Shown here piece by piece: positions 1 to 12,216 of a stretch of DNA of 64,000 nucleotides. A program made the translations under genes and the position numbers. Below the pieces are notes generated by a model. The model was not told where the DNA came from, did no database searches, and saw nothing but the letters and a program-made list of their open reading frames with translations. The DNA comes from Hormiphora californensis (Eukaryota; Animalia; Ctenophora). Every line of letters begins with the position of its first letter. Within the stretch, counting starts at the first letter, position 1. Location of the stretch: positions 5,270,001-5,334,000 of the forward strand of contig CM035362.1 in NCBI GenBank assembly GCA_020137815.1. The letters are read 5' to 3'.

Positions 1-85
1 CTCTCTCTCTCTCTCTCCTCGCAGCGCAGATCGACACAACACAAACACCCCCTCCTCCGCTACTATACATCCTCCCCCCCCACAG

Positions 86-3000
86 TGTAACCAGACGACA
101 GAGGTCAGCAACGAGAACTGTATCAACCCAAGCAACGGGTACATCTGTGGAGGAGACAATAACGGAAAGTGTATCTGCGGGCAGTGCGAGTGTATCCAAC
201 CTAACAGGAACAACTACCTCCGATGGGGTAATTAATTAATTAATTAATGGGGTAATTAATTAATTAGGCAAATAATTGATGTGAGAATTAATTGGGAATT
301 AATTAATTTGTAGGGGAGAGATTCAAATATATCATATGTGAGGGTTATATCGGGAAGAGATGTTAATTAATGATGTTACCAATATCATCAATTATTTTGA
401 TTTATGAAAATCCCTGAATTCCAAAAAATAGTGTTTAATTAAATAAATCCTCCTTTTCAGGTCAATACTGTGAGTGCAGTAACTACGAGTGTCCCCGAAA
501 TAACGACAATGAAATCTGCTCAAACAATGGGTACTGCTTCTGCGGGGTGTGCGATTGCACCAAAACATCTGGAGGTGAGAATTGTCTTGAGCAGTGGAAC
601 TACTCCCTCTCTCCTATACCATCTTCTAAAACTCCCTCTCTCCTATACCATCTTCTAAAACTCCCTCTCTCCTATACCATCTTCTAAAACTCCCTCTCTC
701 CTATACCATCTTCTAATACTCCCTCTCTCCTAGTCCTATACCATCTTCTAATACTCCCTTTCTCCCCGACCCCCACCCTCACGCACAACATTTCTACCGA
801 TAACGACCCCCTACTCGACCCCCATGCGCATCTCTTACGATCCCGCTCCCCCAGGTACGACAAAAGACGACAATGATCCCAAATACACGGGAGATGACTG
901 TGGTTGTCCCGTATCCACAGACACCTGTATTGCGCCCGATAAAAAAGAGGAGTGTTCAGGTCCGCTACACCGAAACCAAATTTCATTTCTTCATATCCAT
1001 AATCATTATTGGTCATTAGTCGGCCCCCGTTAATACAGCTGCCTCTAGAAGGATTGTTTAGTCGAAATACGACTTTTTGGCACGTTTTTAAGACGTTTTA
1101 CTCCATAACTTGTGTTGTCATAGCACTATAACCAGGAACCGACCGAATCAGGAAATACTGGTCCCTGATTGGCTAATAATCAGTCATGTGACCTAAATAA
1201 CGAGTTCTGATTGGTTGTTTACTCGTTTCGGTCGGTTCCTGACTATACCCCCCCCCCCCCTTAGGTCCAGCGAACGGGAAGTGTGTATGCGGGGAGTGTG
1301 AATGTGCTCCCGATCACTTCGGACAGTTTTGTGATATTTGCCCGGATTGTGGGCCCCTCAATTGTACCCTTTACACGGACTGTGTGAACTGTGTCTACAG
1401 CGACAAGGTAGATTTTGTTTTTTCCTAGATTTTTTATCGTCTCAGTTTCTTAGCAAAATTCATTAAATGACTAACAATTCCTCCTTCTCTCTACAGGAGG
1501 GAGAAACATGTTTGGAGGAGTGTAGGGACACGGAGGGAAATAAGATTACCACAATGCTCTCCACAGACGATCGGGTGGATACCTCCAAACTTGGTAGGAT
1601 TTTGTTTTCCTGATCTATCTCCGATCTAGATTTATCTTCAAATTTAATTGAATTGGACTGCTCTACAACTTTTTAATAGCCGGGAAATGCCATTTTCGTT
1701 TCCAATTACCCCCCCCCCCCCCCCCCATCTCATTTTTAATAGCCTGGCGGCGGGCAATGCCGTTTTCGTTTCCAGTTACCCCCCCCCCCCCATCTCATTT
1801 TTAATAGCCGGGCGGCTGGCAATGCCATTTTTGTTTCTACAATTCCCCCCATCAATATTTTAACAAATCCCTTCTCAGGAAGACACAAGCAGTGCTCATT
1901 GGCTGCTGATGATGACTGTGATATTATATTCTATCTGCACTACGAGGACAAGGGTACCTCAATTCAGAGGGAGTTACAACAGGTAAACATGGGAATCAGA
2001 AAATACTGGTCCCTGATTGGCTGATAACCAGTCACGTGACCTAAATAACGAGTTCTGATTGGTTGTTTACAGAGGGAGCTACAGCAGGTAAATCCGGGTA
2101 AATGTGCCTGGCTAGACTGTGTTTCGTGCGCCCCATAACAAGGGTAAATGTGATTATTCTTCCGAACCCTCACAGAGTGTGCTCGGCGGCGAGCACTACT
2201 CACTCTGTTTTTTTTAATATTAATATCATTTAGTAAATGTAATTTGAAAACTGATATCTTCATACCATTAACATTATCTTGAAATGTATACAGTACCGGC
2301 ATTATTCCACTGTCGGTGGGTTTTATATCGAGGTAAGTGGGTCGTTGTAATAACCAGCACTTTTACTAAACTTATATTTTACTTTTTTACATGTCATGAC
2401 TCTGGACTCATGTTGTATTTTTGTTTTGATAAAAAAGTAATACGATTATGTATAATTGTTTAAAGTTCTCAAATCACCTCTTTCTCAGATTTTGATTGAC
2501 CGGATACCCGATTGCCCCACCGAGCCGGATATAATTGCAATTGTTGCGGGTGTTATTGGAGGAATTCTGGGAATTGGTATCCTACTTCTGATTCTGTGGA
2601 GAATATTTGCTACTATACTGGTAAGTTGACATGATAATTGTGGTAACAGCCTTCACAGCCTTGTGCTAATAACAGCTTTTTATACTGTGTTGCCTGCCGC
2701 GGAGTGTTTATGATTGATCAGAGTCTCGCGGCATATTCCGAGCTTGGAATAGGTCACGAGACTCTGATCAATCACCATATATGACATCATTTTAAACAAA
2801 ACAATATGCCAATAAATTTTAATCAAAACAATATGCCAATAAATTTTAATCAATATATTAACCCCTAGGACAAGCGTGAGTATAAGAAGTTCCTGGAGGA
2901 AAGGTCTAAAGCTAAGTGGAACACGGTAAGTGAAACTATATCTCTATGTTCATTGTTTCTGTTTATACCTTTGTCTCAGTTTAATTCAGGAACCGACCGA

Positions 3001-4928
3001 ATCAGGAAACACTGGTCCCTGATTGGCTGATAACCAGTCACGTGACCTAAACAACGAGCTCTGATTGGTTGTTTACTTGTTTCGGTCGGTTCTTGGTTTA
3101 ATTTATATTTGTTTGTCTAGTATTTACAAATTTTCCCCAACTTAATCCCAGTTTTTCGACCCTCTCCACGCATTAATCCGGTCATGCCCAACACGTTAAA
3201 TGTTCGCTAATCAATTTTTGGTCTCAAGTTACGTATATCTGAGAGAATATATTTAACTCCCCGCACTATTCAAAAAGCAGGAACCGACCGAATCAGGAAA
3301 AACTAGTCCCTGATTGGCTGATCACGTGACCTAAATAACGAGTTCTGATTGATTGTTTACTTGTGTCGGTCGGTTTCTGTCCAAGAATTAAAGTTAGAAT
3401 CAGCTGTCAAATTTACCTCTTTCCAGGACACAGTATCTCCCTTGTACAAGCGTCCAATTACTTCAATCAAGAACCCCGTATTCGGCTTCCAAACCCCGCC
3501 CCTGGATCCAAATTACCCAGCCCCACATCCCTCCCGGACCAACTCTCTTGGTTCTACCTCGCCCCAATTTGAGAAGAACAACAGTTTTGATTACCGAGGA
3601 AAACTGTACGAGATGGCCCCGCCACCACTACCTGACAGAGCCTTATCAACAACATCTTCATCTCCCCCACCAATCCCATCCCGGGCCTCAACACCCTCTA
3701 TTGTATCCCAAACATCCTCCTACTGCCCAACACGACCGAGATCTAACCTCTCTCCATCATTATCGAGAGGTCTCCCCCCACTCCGGGAAACTACCAGAAG
3801 CCCATATGATGACGTCAGCCCTTATGGCAGTGACGTCACACCGTATGATGACGTCACACCGAGTGACGTCACACCGTATGATGACGTACCAGTAACAGAT
3901 GAAAGCCAGACTACATGTCATTGGAACGGGGATTGATGATCTTTCAAATCTTGATGAGGAGGGATTTGATGATATTTTAAGTAATATGGACACGTTACAA
4001 AGGGGCCTGGTGATGGCTAATCCCGCTGTACAAACTGATATATGAGAGAGAGCCCCCTGTCTAAAGAGGTGATGATCTGGTGATGCTCTGATGGTGATGC
4101 TCTGATGACAAATGACAGCGAATGATGAATCTGATGATGAACGCTCGAACTGTAATCTGCATCCGCCGTATCTATCTGTCAGGAACCGACCGAACCAGTA
4201 AATACTGGTCCCTGATTGGCTGATAACCAGTCACGTGACCTAAATAACAAGTTCTGATTGGTTGTTTACTTGGTTCGGTCGGTTCCTGCTATCTGTCTTT
4301 CTTTCTCTCATTTCCACTTATCATCATGCCACAGTCGGTAACGAAATAACCCCTCCCTTACCAGCGTGCGAAGGTCGCGAGGTGACCTGAGGGATTATTT
4401 CGTAACCAAGACACATAGTACGTCACTTGTAAAATTCTCTATCAACCGCCAGATATTAGTACAGCTTGCAAATCAGCCTTGCCACACCAGATCTTCTGAT
4501 TAGGTCATTATATCTAACCACTCACTGTGATTCTCTCTCTTGCCGCTGTGCTCTGTGCATGGACTCTCAAAACGTGTTGGGCATGCCCGGGCTCTGGAAA
4601 GCGCTCTACTCGCCAATATCTCTCTCCCTTTCTGTCAAGATAATTCCCTGTGTACACCCCTTTATATGTGTGTGTGCGTGGTATGTCTGATTTTACCAAC
4701 AAAAAAGACAGGAACCGACCGAATCAGGAAATACTGGTCCCTGATTGGCTGATAACCAGTCACGTGACCTAAATAACGAGTTCTGATTGGTTGTTTACTT
4801 GTATCGGTCGGTTCCTGAGAGTTTCCAAACAAAAGATTTGATTTGCTTTACATCTGCAGGGATTATCGCCGCTTTACAAGGCCCCTACTACAAAATACTC
4901 CAACCCTGTTTATTCTAAAGTTATCTAA
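86..4928 (+). CDS. Integrin beta subunit, 3' part (5' end lies outside the window), with short canonical last exon
   Basis: Phase-consistent GT-AG exons 86-227, 461-574, 855-959, 1265-1407, 1497-1593, 1879-1982, 2294-2332, 2489-2620, 2869-2925 and 4860-4928. They encode I-EGF repeats ([38 protein letters not shown]), a TM helix ([24 protein letters not shown]), the membrane-proximal [19 protein letters not shown] and the tail [22 protein letters not shown]. Confidence 0.92.
599..760. repeat. Intronic ~29-bp tandem repeat
   Basis: About 5 copies of ACTCCCTCTCTCCTATACCATCTTCTAAA. Confidence 0.9.
1133..1241. mobile_element. 109-bp hAT-type MITE (family copy)
   Basis: TIR CAGGAACCGACCGA...TCGGTCGGTTCCTG; near-perfect 8-bp TSD ACTATAAC/ACTATACC. 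Confidence 0.9.
2987..3095. mobile_element. 109-bp hAT-type MITE
   Basis: Same family; perfect TSD GTTTAATT. A further copy lies at 3278-3379 and a partial copy at ~1994-2070. Confidence 0.92.
3427..3936 (+). CDS. Alternative long last exon of the integrin beta (Pro/Ser/Tyr-rich cytoplasmic tail)
   Basis: Phase-0 acceptor ttccag at 3426. Begins [19 protein letters not shown], homologous to the 4860 exon, then continues ~150 aa with PxxPxR and YDDV motifs. Confidence 0.8.
   Translation, partial: DTVSPLYKRPITSIKNPVFGFQTPPLDPNYPAPHPSRTNSLGSTSPQFEKNNSFDYRGKLYEMAPPPLPDRALSTTSSSPPPIPSRASTPSIVSQTSSYCPTRPRSNLSPSLSRGLPPLRETTRSPYDDVSPYGSDVTPYDDVTPSDVTPYDDVPVTDESQTTCHWNGD
4180..4288. mobile_element. 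109-bp hAT-type MITE
   Basis: Perfect TSD CTATCTGT. Further copies at 4709-4817, degraded ~5705-5856, and reversed 7567-7675. Confidence 0.92.
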
Positions 4929-7417
4929 GGTTAAATACATTGGAAATGTTTCTTGGCATGACATGATGGTGGTGACCAGATCTCTCTTGATTTCTCTCTT
5001 CATCTGTCCCAGAGAAGCTGGTACTGCAGTTGGACCCGGCAAAGATCGGGGTTCGACTGGTCGTCAGGCGGATATTCATTTCATCCTTTCTGGGACAGAT
5101 TGAGAGGGTGATTGAGAGGGCGAGATAAGCCAGTGATTTGTAGCAAACTAGTAGTAGTACGGGGGTTTTTCCCATAAAGGGAACCACCTTGAGAGGTTGC
5201 TCGAATTTTTAGGAAACCACTGTAGGGGAAAACAGTTCCAAAAGCGGGGGCCCCATATCTTGCCTGGATGTTGATAGCTAGATGCCCCCTCCTTAATAAT
5301 TGGGGTGAATGAAAAGGGGCCCCATTCGTGGTTTTGAAACCCCGGCCGAAATAATATTCTGATTCATTAAATTCAAAAGCACTCTGCTAAAAATTATTTT
5401 CTTTCCCACACAAAAAAAACAGACCCCCACCCCGAGAGGGGACTTCTCGCGTGATTTGATTCATGATGGAAACGCAAAAAAATTTTTAAAGGGGGGGCGG
5501 GGAAGGCCGCCGCAGCCCGGTTTTCCCCCGGGGGGGCGGGGAGGGGGGCCCACGGAGCGGCAGCCCCCCCCCCTTTCTCTTCTCTCTTTTCCCTTTCCCC
5601 TTTTTCTCTCTCCTCTCCTCTCTCTTCTCTTTGCAGACCCCGAATAGGAAACCTTTTCCTCATACTAACCCCTTTTTTTTTTCGGGGTCTTTCCCCGGTT
5701 TTAAAAGGAACCAGACAATACCCCAACACTTTCACGGTGTGCTTCTGGGAATTAGTACCAGCAACCGCCAACACGGAAATAGGCCCTGTTTGGCTGATAA
5801 CCAGTCAGTGCCCCTAAAAAGATTTCTGTTGGTGTTTACGGGTGGGTCGGTTCCTGTGGTACAGTTTTCGGAGAATTCCGGGAAAAGCGAGTTATTATTT
5901 TTCAGATTAAAAGGCCGGAATTTTGGGGATTTGCAAAAAAAGGAATTTTAACTTGGGGAAATTTTTGGTTCTTGTGCAAGAGCTAGGGCCTTTTATACCC
6001 TTTAAAGTTTTTTTAAAGTTTTGAGTTTTAGGGAAGAGGAGGGAGGAGAGGGAAAACGGAGATACGGTAATACAAGCGGCAGTGTTAGAGGGAGGGAGGA
6101 GAGGGAGGGTTGATTGTGAGAGTCTTACAATCAGCCCAGAGTAGATAGGAACGGGGAAAGAAAAATTGCTTGATGCAAAAAGAGAAGAAAGGGAGTTTTT
6201 TTTTACTTGTTTTTACATGTTATCAAAAAAAAGACGAATAGGAACACGTTTTTAATTGGTAGTAAGTCGGCCCCGGGATCCCCCGGGGGAAGCCTTTTTT
6301 GCCGGTAAATCGGGGTCCCGGGGTTATCGGGGTCGACTGTATACTAGTGCATTTCATTTTTTGTAGTAGTTTTGGGAAAAAGAAGGCCCCGGTCAAGATC
6401 TTATTATTGATGTCAGTTTTAGTTTAAATTTTATTTTCGTCGAGAAAATAATAGTCTAAATTTTAGATATGGGGGGCAGTATTGCCCCAAACCGAGGGGG
6501 CCCCAGGTCTTTTATTTAAAAAAGTTTCCCCCGGGCTTCTTTCCGCTACAAAACTGGAAAAGGGGGGGAGAAAAAAGATTAATGTCTACTTCCCCAGGAA
6601 AAGGGTCTGAATTGGGGCAGTCCCGGGGTGACGACTCGTTTGGAGTTCAGATCGGGTCGGGGGGGTCGCAAAACCCGCGGTGCCCCGCAAAAAATGCTAA
6701 ACCCGCGCAGTGTTTCTTATACGAAGGTTTGCGGCGCGCGTTCCAAGACCAGCCTCTCTGATGCAGCTGGCAGGTGAAACGGGGGGTCCCCGCGTTGCTA
6801 GGGGCAACCGAAGAAACACATTGGGAGAAATGGATCGAGAAATAGCCGCGCTGACGTCGAAAAAAAACAAGGGAATTTGTAAAGGGTGTCATGATGATAC
6901 ATGTTAAATAATGTGTAAAAGAAGTAGAGATACAGTTGGAGAGAAAACTTCCGAACATTTCCAAAACACTTGTTGGGGAAAAACATTTCCAAAAACTCAG
7001 AAGTTCATCATAAAGGCATCAACACATGCAGCCGAAAGCAGAAAACTCGAATTCAAACTTATGAGTTCCCGATTTCCGAAATATTCTCATTATTTAACAC
7101 AATTTCTGTTCAACCGTTCAAGCTCTAAATATCACGAATGTCTATGATCTGCTCCATAAATCATTCGTTTTCAATCACCTCTAATCTACTTTTCTCTATC
7201 ACGTCCCCGATCATTGTGTGAAACATGTTAAAAACACCGTTCCCTGAAACAGAATCTTGATTATAACGGATCGCTTGATCGATAGCGTACTTTTCTAACT
7301 GTCTGCCCCATGTCTCACGCAGAGATAGCTGTACTAACTTTACTAACTCTCACAATATATTTAACGGGTTTTTGCGGGGGACAGTGTATCAATTCAAGAC
7401 CCGACATCATGTCAACA

Positions 7418-8703
7418 CTAACAGTGCCAATTATACAGACCTGTAGCTGCACTAGTTTCATAATATGGTATTTTGTGTGAATTGGCCCATTTTTCACCCT
7501 CCTCTGCTGTCACCACTCTCTCCACATCTTGGTCCACCTGGATGTACGAGAAGTTACAATTAGGAACAGGGACCGACCAACACAAGTAAACAACCAATCA
7601 GAACTCGTTATTTAGGTCACGTGACTGGTTATCAGCCAATCAGGGACCAGTATTTCCTGATTCGGTCGGTTCCTGAGTAGGAAACATTTTAAAACTGAGA
7701 CCACTACCACTGCATTAGTCATTTTAAAGCTTGCTAGTACAATTTACACATAGTATATTCTTTGCTTTGGTCTACCTACAGAATTGGCACAGATCAGCGT
7801 GTCCATCATTTTATGAAATAAAATTTAGTATGACCTGCACTTAGTTGGGTTAAAATGTCTAGTTCTAACCTTGTTGGCAACTACGACAGTGACAACAGGA
7901 AATGTAGCCGAACATCTGTGGACCTCCCTATTCCATGATTCGAGATTCTGGAAGGTCGCCCGATTGGTAACATCGAACACTAACATTACTGCTTGAGTCT
8001 GGCTGTATAGCTCATTTCGGACATCGTAAAACTCGTGTTTTCCTGTCAGTGAGCTGGGAGATTAGAAGTGAGTTGGGGAAACGGAAGGGAGTTGGGGAAT
8101 TTATGAGTCGAGTTGGGGGAAATTGGAGGGATTAAAGGAAACGGGGGTGAGTTAGGGGAATAGGAGTGAGTTGGAAATTGAGATGAAGCTCCATCCCATT
8201 TTCCAACTCACCCCTACATGGTGTATTTTCTAACCTGCCATGTCCCAGAAATGAACTCTCACATCTGTTTCTGTCACAGTGTGTATCTTGAACCCATAAT
8301 CTATACCAACAGTTGGATGGTATTTTGCCGTGAACTTCTCCTCACAGAATCGTTTCACTAGGCAAGTTTTACCTACACCACTGTCACCTACACCTGCAAT
8401 GAAAAATTAAATAGAGAATCTATTATTAGGTTGCCTTTCTCGCGGGGGGGGGGGGGGGGGTTCATGACCTTATTGGTTGGACGCCATGCCAATAAGGGGG
8501 TGGGTAGTGGGTACCCAGAAGGTGGCTTACCAATAAAGTCGTAACACCCCCTCCATTTTCAATTAAATTTCCTATTTAAATCATTATTATTTAGCCATTA
8601 TATACCAGGATCTGAGGAACGTACCTACCACCTTGATCCAAGTAAGATCAGATATTGTAGAGGTAGGATCAAACGGGAGGTGACCTTTTTGTCGCGATTT
8701 CAT
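7418..8703 (-). CDS. RJL/DNAJC27-family Rab-like small GTPase
   Basis: Exons 8703-8625, 8393-8235, 8042-7870 and 7537-7441 (or reading through to the stop at 7418). They encode WIKVVGVGDSGVGKT, KRFCEEKF, TVGIDYG, FWDMAGKHEFYDVRNE, VANKVD and ETSA. GIDYG and DMAG..FY.VRNE match the RJL family. The 3' end is uncertain; a possible extra exon at ~6900-6975 (VLEMFGSFL) lies in poor-quality sequence. Confidence 0.85.
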
Positions 8704-8940
8704 ATCCTGATTTACCCCTCGTCCTCTTCTTCAATCATATTTTACACATATTTCTAAGATATATAGATAACACATGATAATTGATATTAGGGGAGAAATG
8801 GCTTGGTCATGTTATTGTGGGTAGTAGCGAAGAATTAAAGACAAGAAACAGATACAGAGAAAGTAAACTGGAGAAGAATCGAGTATTTCGTGCACTGTGC
8901 ATGTTTTCTAGCGAGTATTGGGGTCAGAAGAAGCATTGTT

Positions 8941-9182
<242 letters not shown>

Positions 9183-9591
9183 AGATATGCTGAACAAGAT
9201 GTGTTATTACGAAAAATAGTACTCAGCTGATTTCCAAGAAAAGAATTACAAGAAAGTAACAACCGGTTTCACCAAAAGTGTATTTGCAGTATTATACACA
9301 ATTATTATGTACAGGTCATGATAATCACTCAAAATAAGGTAGTAAAATAAAATCTCGGTCAGGAAAGAATAATATTGTTTATGTCAGGAAATTGTCAGGA
9401 AATTGTTTGATACCCTATAAAAACTACATAGTAGGAATCTGCCAACCTGCGGCGTACAGTCAGGAACAAATACCCATAGTTTTAAGCTGAAGTCGGATTT
9501 TTCAAGTTATTAACCCCCGCCCCTTATCTTGAGCATGTTTTGGGTGACAGCTTCAAAAAATCTGACGTTATCTCCTACTACTCTCCACAAA

Positions 9592-11205
9592 TCACTGTAC
9601 TACGGTAGTTGACATTCTAAGTGCACTCATAAAACTGTCCACACTAACCCACCCATCAGGATTCATCCCCGCAGCCTTGCTATAGACCTCATCAAACGTA
9701 CCATCATCCATCTTCATAACAGTGAATATCTGCTTGATATGATCCCGCGATCTTACTTGGAAAAAGTCCCGTTCGGTCAGGTTATGTGTTGTATAAAGGG
9801 ACGGGTTAACTAGCCCATACACGTCACTCTGTTCTCCGTAGTTCGTGTTATCGCCCACTCGTTTTATCCTTGGTGCGGGTAGATCACTTCGAATGGTTGG
9901 AACTCCAAAACTCCTGCTGGAGTGAGTTGGGGTGACTCCCGCGACGGCGTTGATAACAGATGCAGATGTCTGGTGATCCCCAATGTTTCCATCTATTTGC
10001 CGTGTTGGATGTTCCTCCGTATGCTCCCGTTTCGTTACTTCCTCGACTCGGTCCGCTGGGAGCTCGTATTTCCAATTGAGAAAGGAGCAGAAATCACGGT
10101 AATCGATCTTCCCATCTCCGGTGGAATCACAATATTTGATCAGATTTTCAAGGAGGTAATTATCTACAGGCAGGTGGAAACTCTTACAAACCGTCATCAA
10201 ATCTTCTGCCTCGACTCGACCCGATTTGTTGGAGTCATAACTGTTGAAAGCTGCCTGCAAGTCAGTGAAGTTGTGGTAGTTAGCCTTTTTGAGGTGATCT
10301 CGTATGGCAGCAACTGCACCCCTCTCCCTATCTCGTGCTCGTAGGTAAGTGTTTGCCTCTCTGTGGTGTATGAGATCACCGGCACCATATTCGTCAGGGG
10401 TGATCATAACACCGAAGGTGTGCTCTGATCCAACGTTCATCGAATCTTTGATCGGATCGTGAACCTCACCCAGTTTCGGCTGTGTCCTCTCCTTGAAATC
10501 ATCCACACGTTTTGATACCACTGTCTGGGTGTTTCTCGAGTCATCCGTCCAGTGGAGAGCGTTTTTAACCTGCGCTCCATCGTTTGCATGGGGAGTCTCT
10601 ACCCCAAATGTGTCAGTTTTCTTAACTCTCGTCCAGTTGTAATTAAGATCTTTCTGTTCACCGACATTGGCATGAGCATGAGATTTCCGGTAAAGGTCCA
10701 ACCCCTCCTCAGACATTGCCTCAACCTCGGTCCTTGATATCTTGGGGTTAACAACCAGACCCGCGGCCATACTTTTTTCTGTCTTGATTCCAAATGTATC
10801 CAATACCGATACCCCATCTCCAAACTTGCCCGCCTGGTCAGGAACCTTACCCAACGGTTTTTTCAGCTTGCTATCGTAGACAGTCTCTTTTCTCTCGTGC
10901 AGTTGGTGTTGGAAGAACGTTAGGGGTTCCGGGTTCACCAGGGAGTTCGCACCGACGGAGGAGCTGGTTTTAATGCCATGTCGAGTTTCGGTAACTATCT
11001 CTGGGCAGGTATACTTCCCAATGTATATCCTCTTCTCTCCCGGTTTTGGGTAGCTCAGCGCCTGCATTCGCTGGATTATCTCTGGGGTGTTGTCGGGAAT
11101 TTCCATTTTCAGACAGTCTGTGGTGTGGTCACCACCTGCTGTTAGTTTTCCTGCAGCCGACACACCTGGATTGCGGTCCCTGAACTTCCCGTCATTTGCC
11201 AACAT
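9592..11205 (-). CDS. EFHB: EF-hand domain family member B (CFAP21-like ciliary protein), intronless, 537 aa
   Basis: Single ORF from ATG 11205 (MLANDGKFRDRNP...AAGKL). Contains two EF-hands (YDSNKSGRVEAEDL, CDSTGDGKIDYRDFCSFLNW) and the EFHB-like motifs SKRVDDFKERTQPKLG and FGVPTIRSDLPAPRIKRVGDNTNYG. Confidence 0.88.
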   Translation of the reverse strand: MLANDGKFRDRNPGVSAAGKLTAGGDHTTDCLKMEIPDNTPEIIQRMQALSYPKPGEKRIYIGKYTCPEIVTETRHGIKTSSSVGANSLVNPEPLTFFQHQLHERKETVYDSKLKKPLGKVPDQAGKFGDGVSVLDTFGIKTEKSMAAGLVVNPKISRTEVEAMSEEGLDLYRKSHAHANVGEQKDLNYNWTRVKKTDTFGVETPHANDGAQVKNALHWTDDSRNTQTVVSKRVDDFKERTQPKLGEVHDPIKDSMNVGSEHTFGVMITPDEYGAGDLIHHREANTYLRARDRERGAVAAIRDHLKKANYHNFTDLQAAFNSYDSNKSGRVEAEDLMTVCKSFHLPVDNYLLENLIKYCDSTGDGKIDYRDFCSFLNWKYELPADRVEEVTKREHTEEHPTRQIDGNIGDHQTSASVINAVAGVTPTHSSRSFGVPTIRSDLPAPRIKRVGDNTNYGEQSDVYGLVNPSLYTTHNLTERDFFQVRSRDHIKQIFTVMKMDDGTFDEVYSKAAGMNPDGWVSVDSFMSALRMSTTVVQ

Positions 11206-12216
11206 GTTTTCTAGGATAAGTTTTGGGCTGTTAATCACGAGAAAACGTTAACGATTTTGCACAATTTATGAGCATTGAGCACAATTTATGAGCATCATCA
11301 GAAATGTTCAGGTAGCACACCGTGTGGCCTGTTTTGAGTCAAGTACTATGATTGGTCAAAACTTTTGACCAATCATAGTACAGAACAGCTCTAGTGATCC
11401 GCACGTTCTAAGCTGGTGGACGTAATGTAATGTAATGTAAATTATGCACTTAATATCCCACTCAATAGTGAATATATACCCAGAAAAATGGTGCCAACGC
11501 ACTCTCTAAAGTATCACTTTCTCAAGTGGATTACATTGTCTTTCTTAACTTAACGAAATTTTGCTCGCAACAACCGGAGCAACTTCAAAACACAACTTAT
11601 TAAAAAACACTAAAAAAGAATAAATTAAATTGTTAATAAATTAAATAAATTAGCCCCCGATCATACAAAAGTCCAGAACGTGACCTGAATCTGCGCAACC
11701 TGAACTGTGAACTTTTCCGATGATGCTCATCTATCTCCTTCGTGGAAGTTGGGCAAACGTTTCCACACTACTTGACTCAACACTCACGGTTTTTTGGGCT
11801 AGGGCGCCGTTTTTGTAAAATTTCGCAAAAACGGTTGGCAAACGTTCGCGTTGCTGGCCGTTGCAGCGCGGGATAAGGCAGCGCTTTTCAACAAAAACGG
11901 CGTGTCATCGAAAAATTTAAATTAAAAAAGTAAAAGGCCGTTTTTAATGAGGCCCCTCGGAAATGTTCAAGTCATGCACAATCAAGTCACGCCCACCATG
12001 GTGGTTTGGCCTATGCTACAGGCCCTAGAAGCCGTGGAAAACGCGCGCACTTGGGGTCTGCAGCGCATGCCAACATGGTGGTGCACCAATCACAGCGCAG
12101 AACGCGCGAAGCACTCCGCGCGTTCTGAGCTGTGATTGGTGGGCTTTAAACATGAGCCGCGCAAAATAAACGCGCAAAACAAACACGCGCGTCAAGAATA
12201 TGTAAAATGTATATCA

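Noticed and set aside
5100-7000. ORFs and G/C/A/T runs
   Set aside because: Homopolymer-inflated sequence containing garbled copies of known MITEs; probably low-quality consensus.
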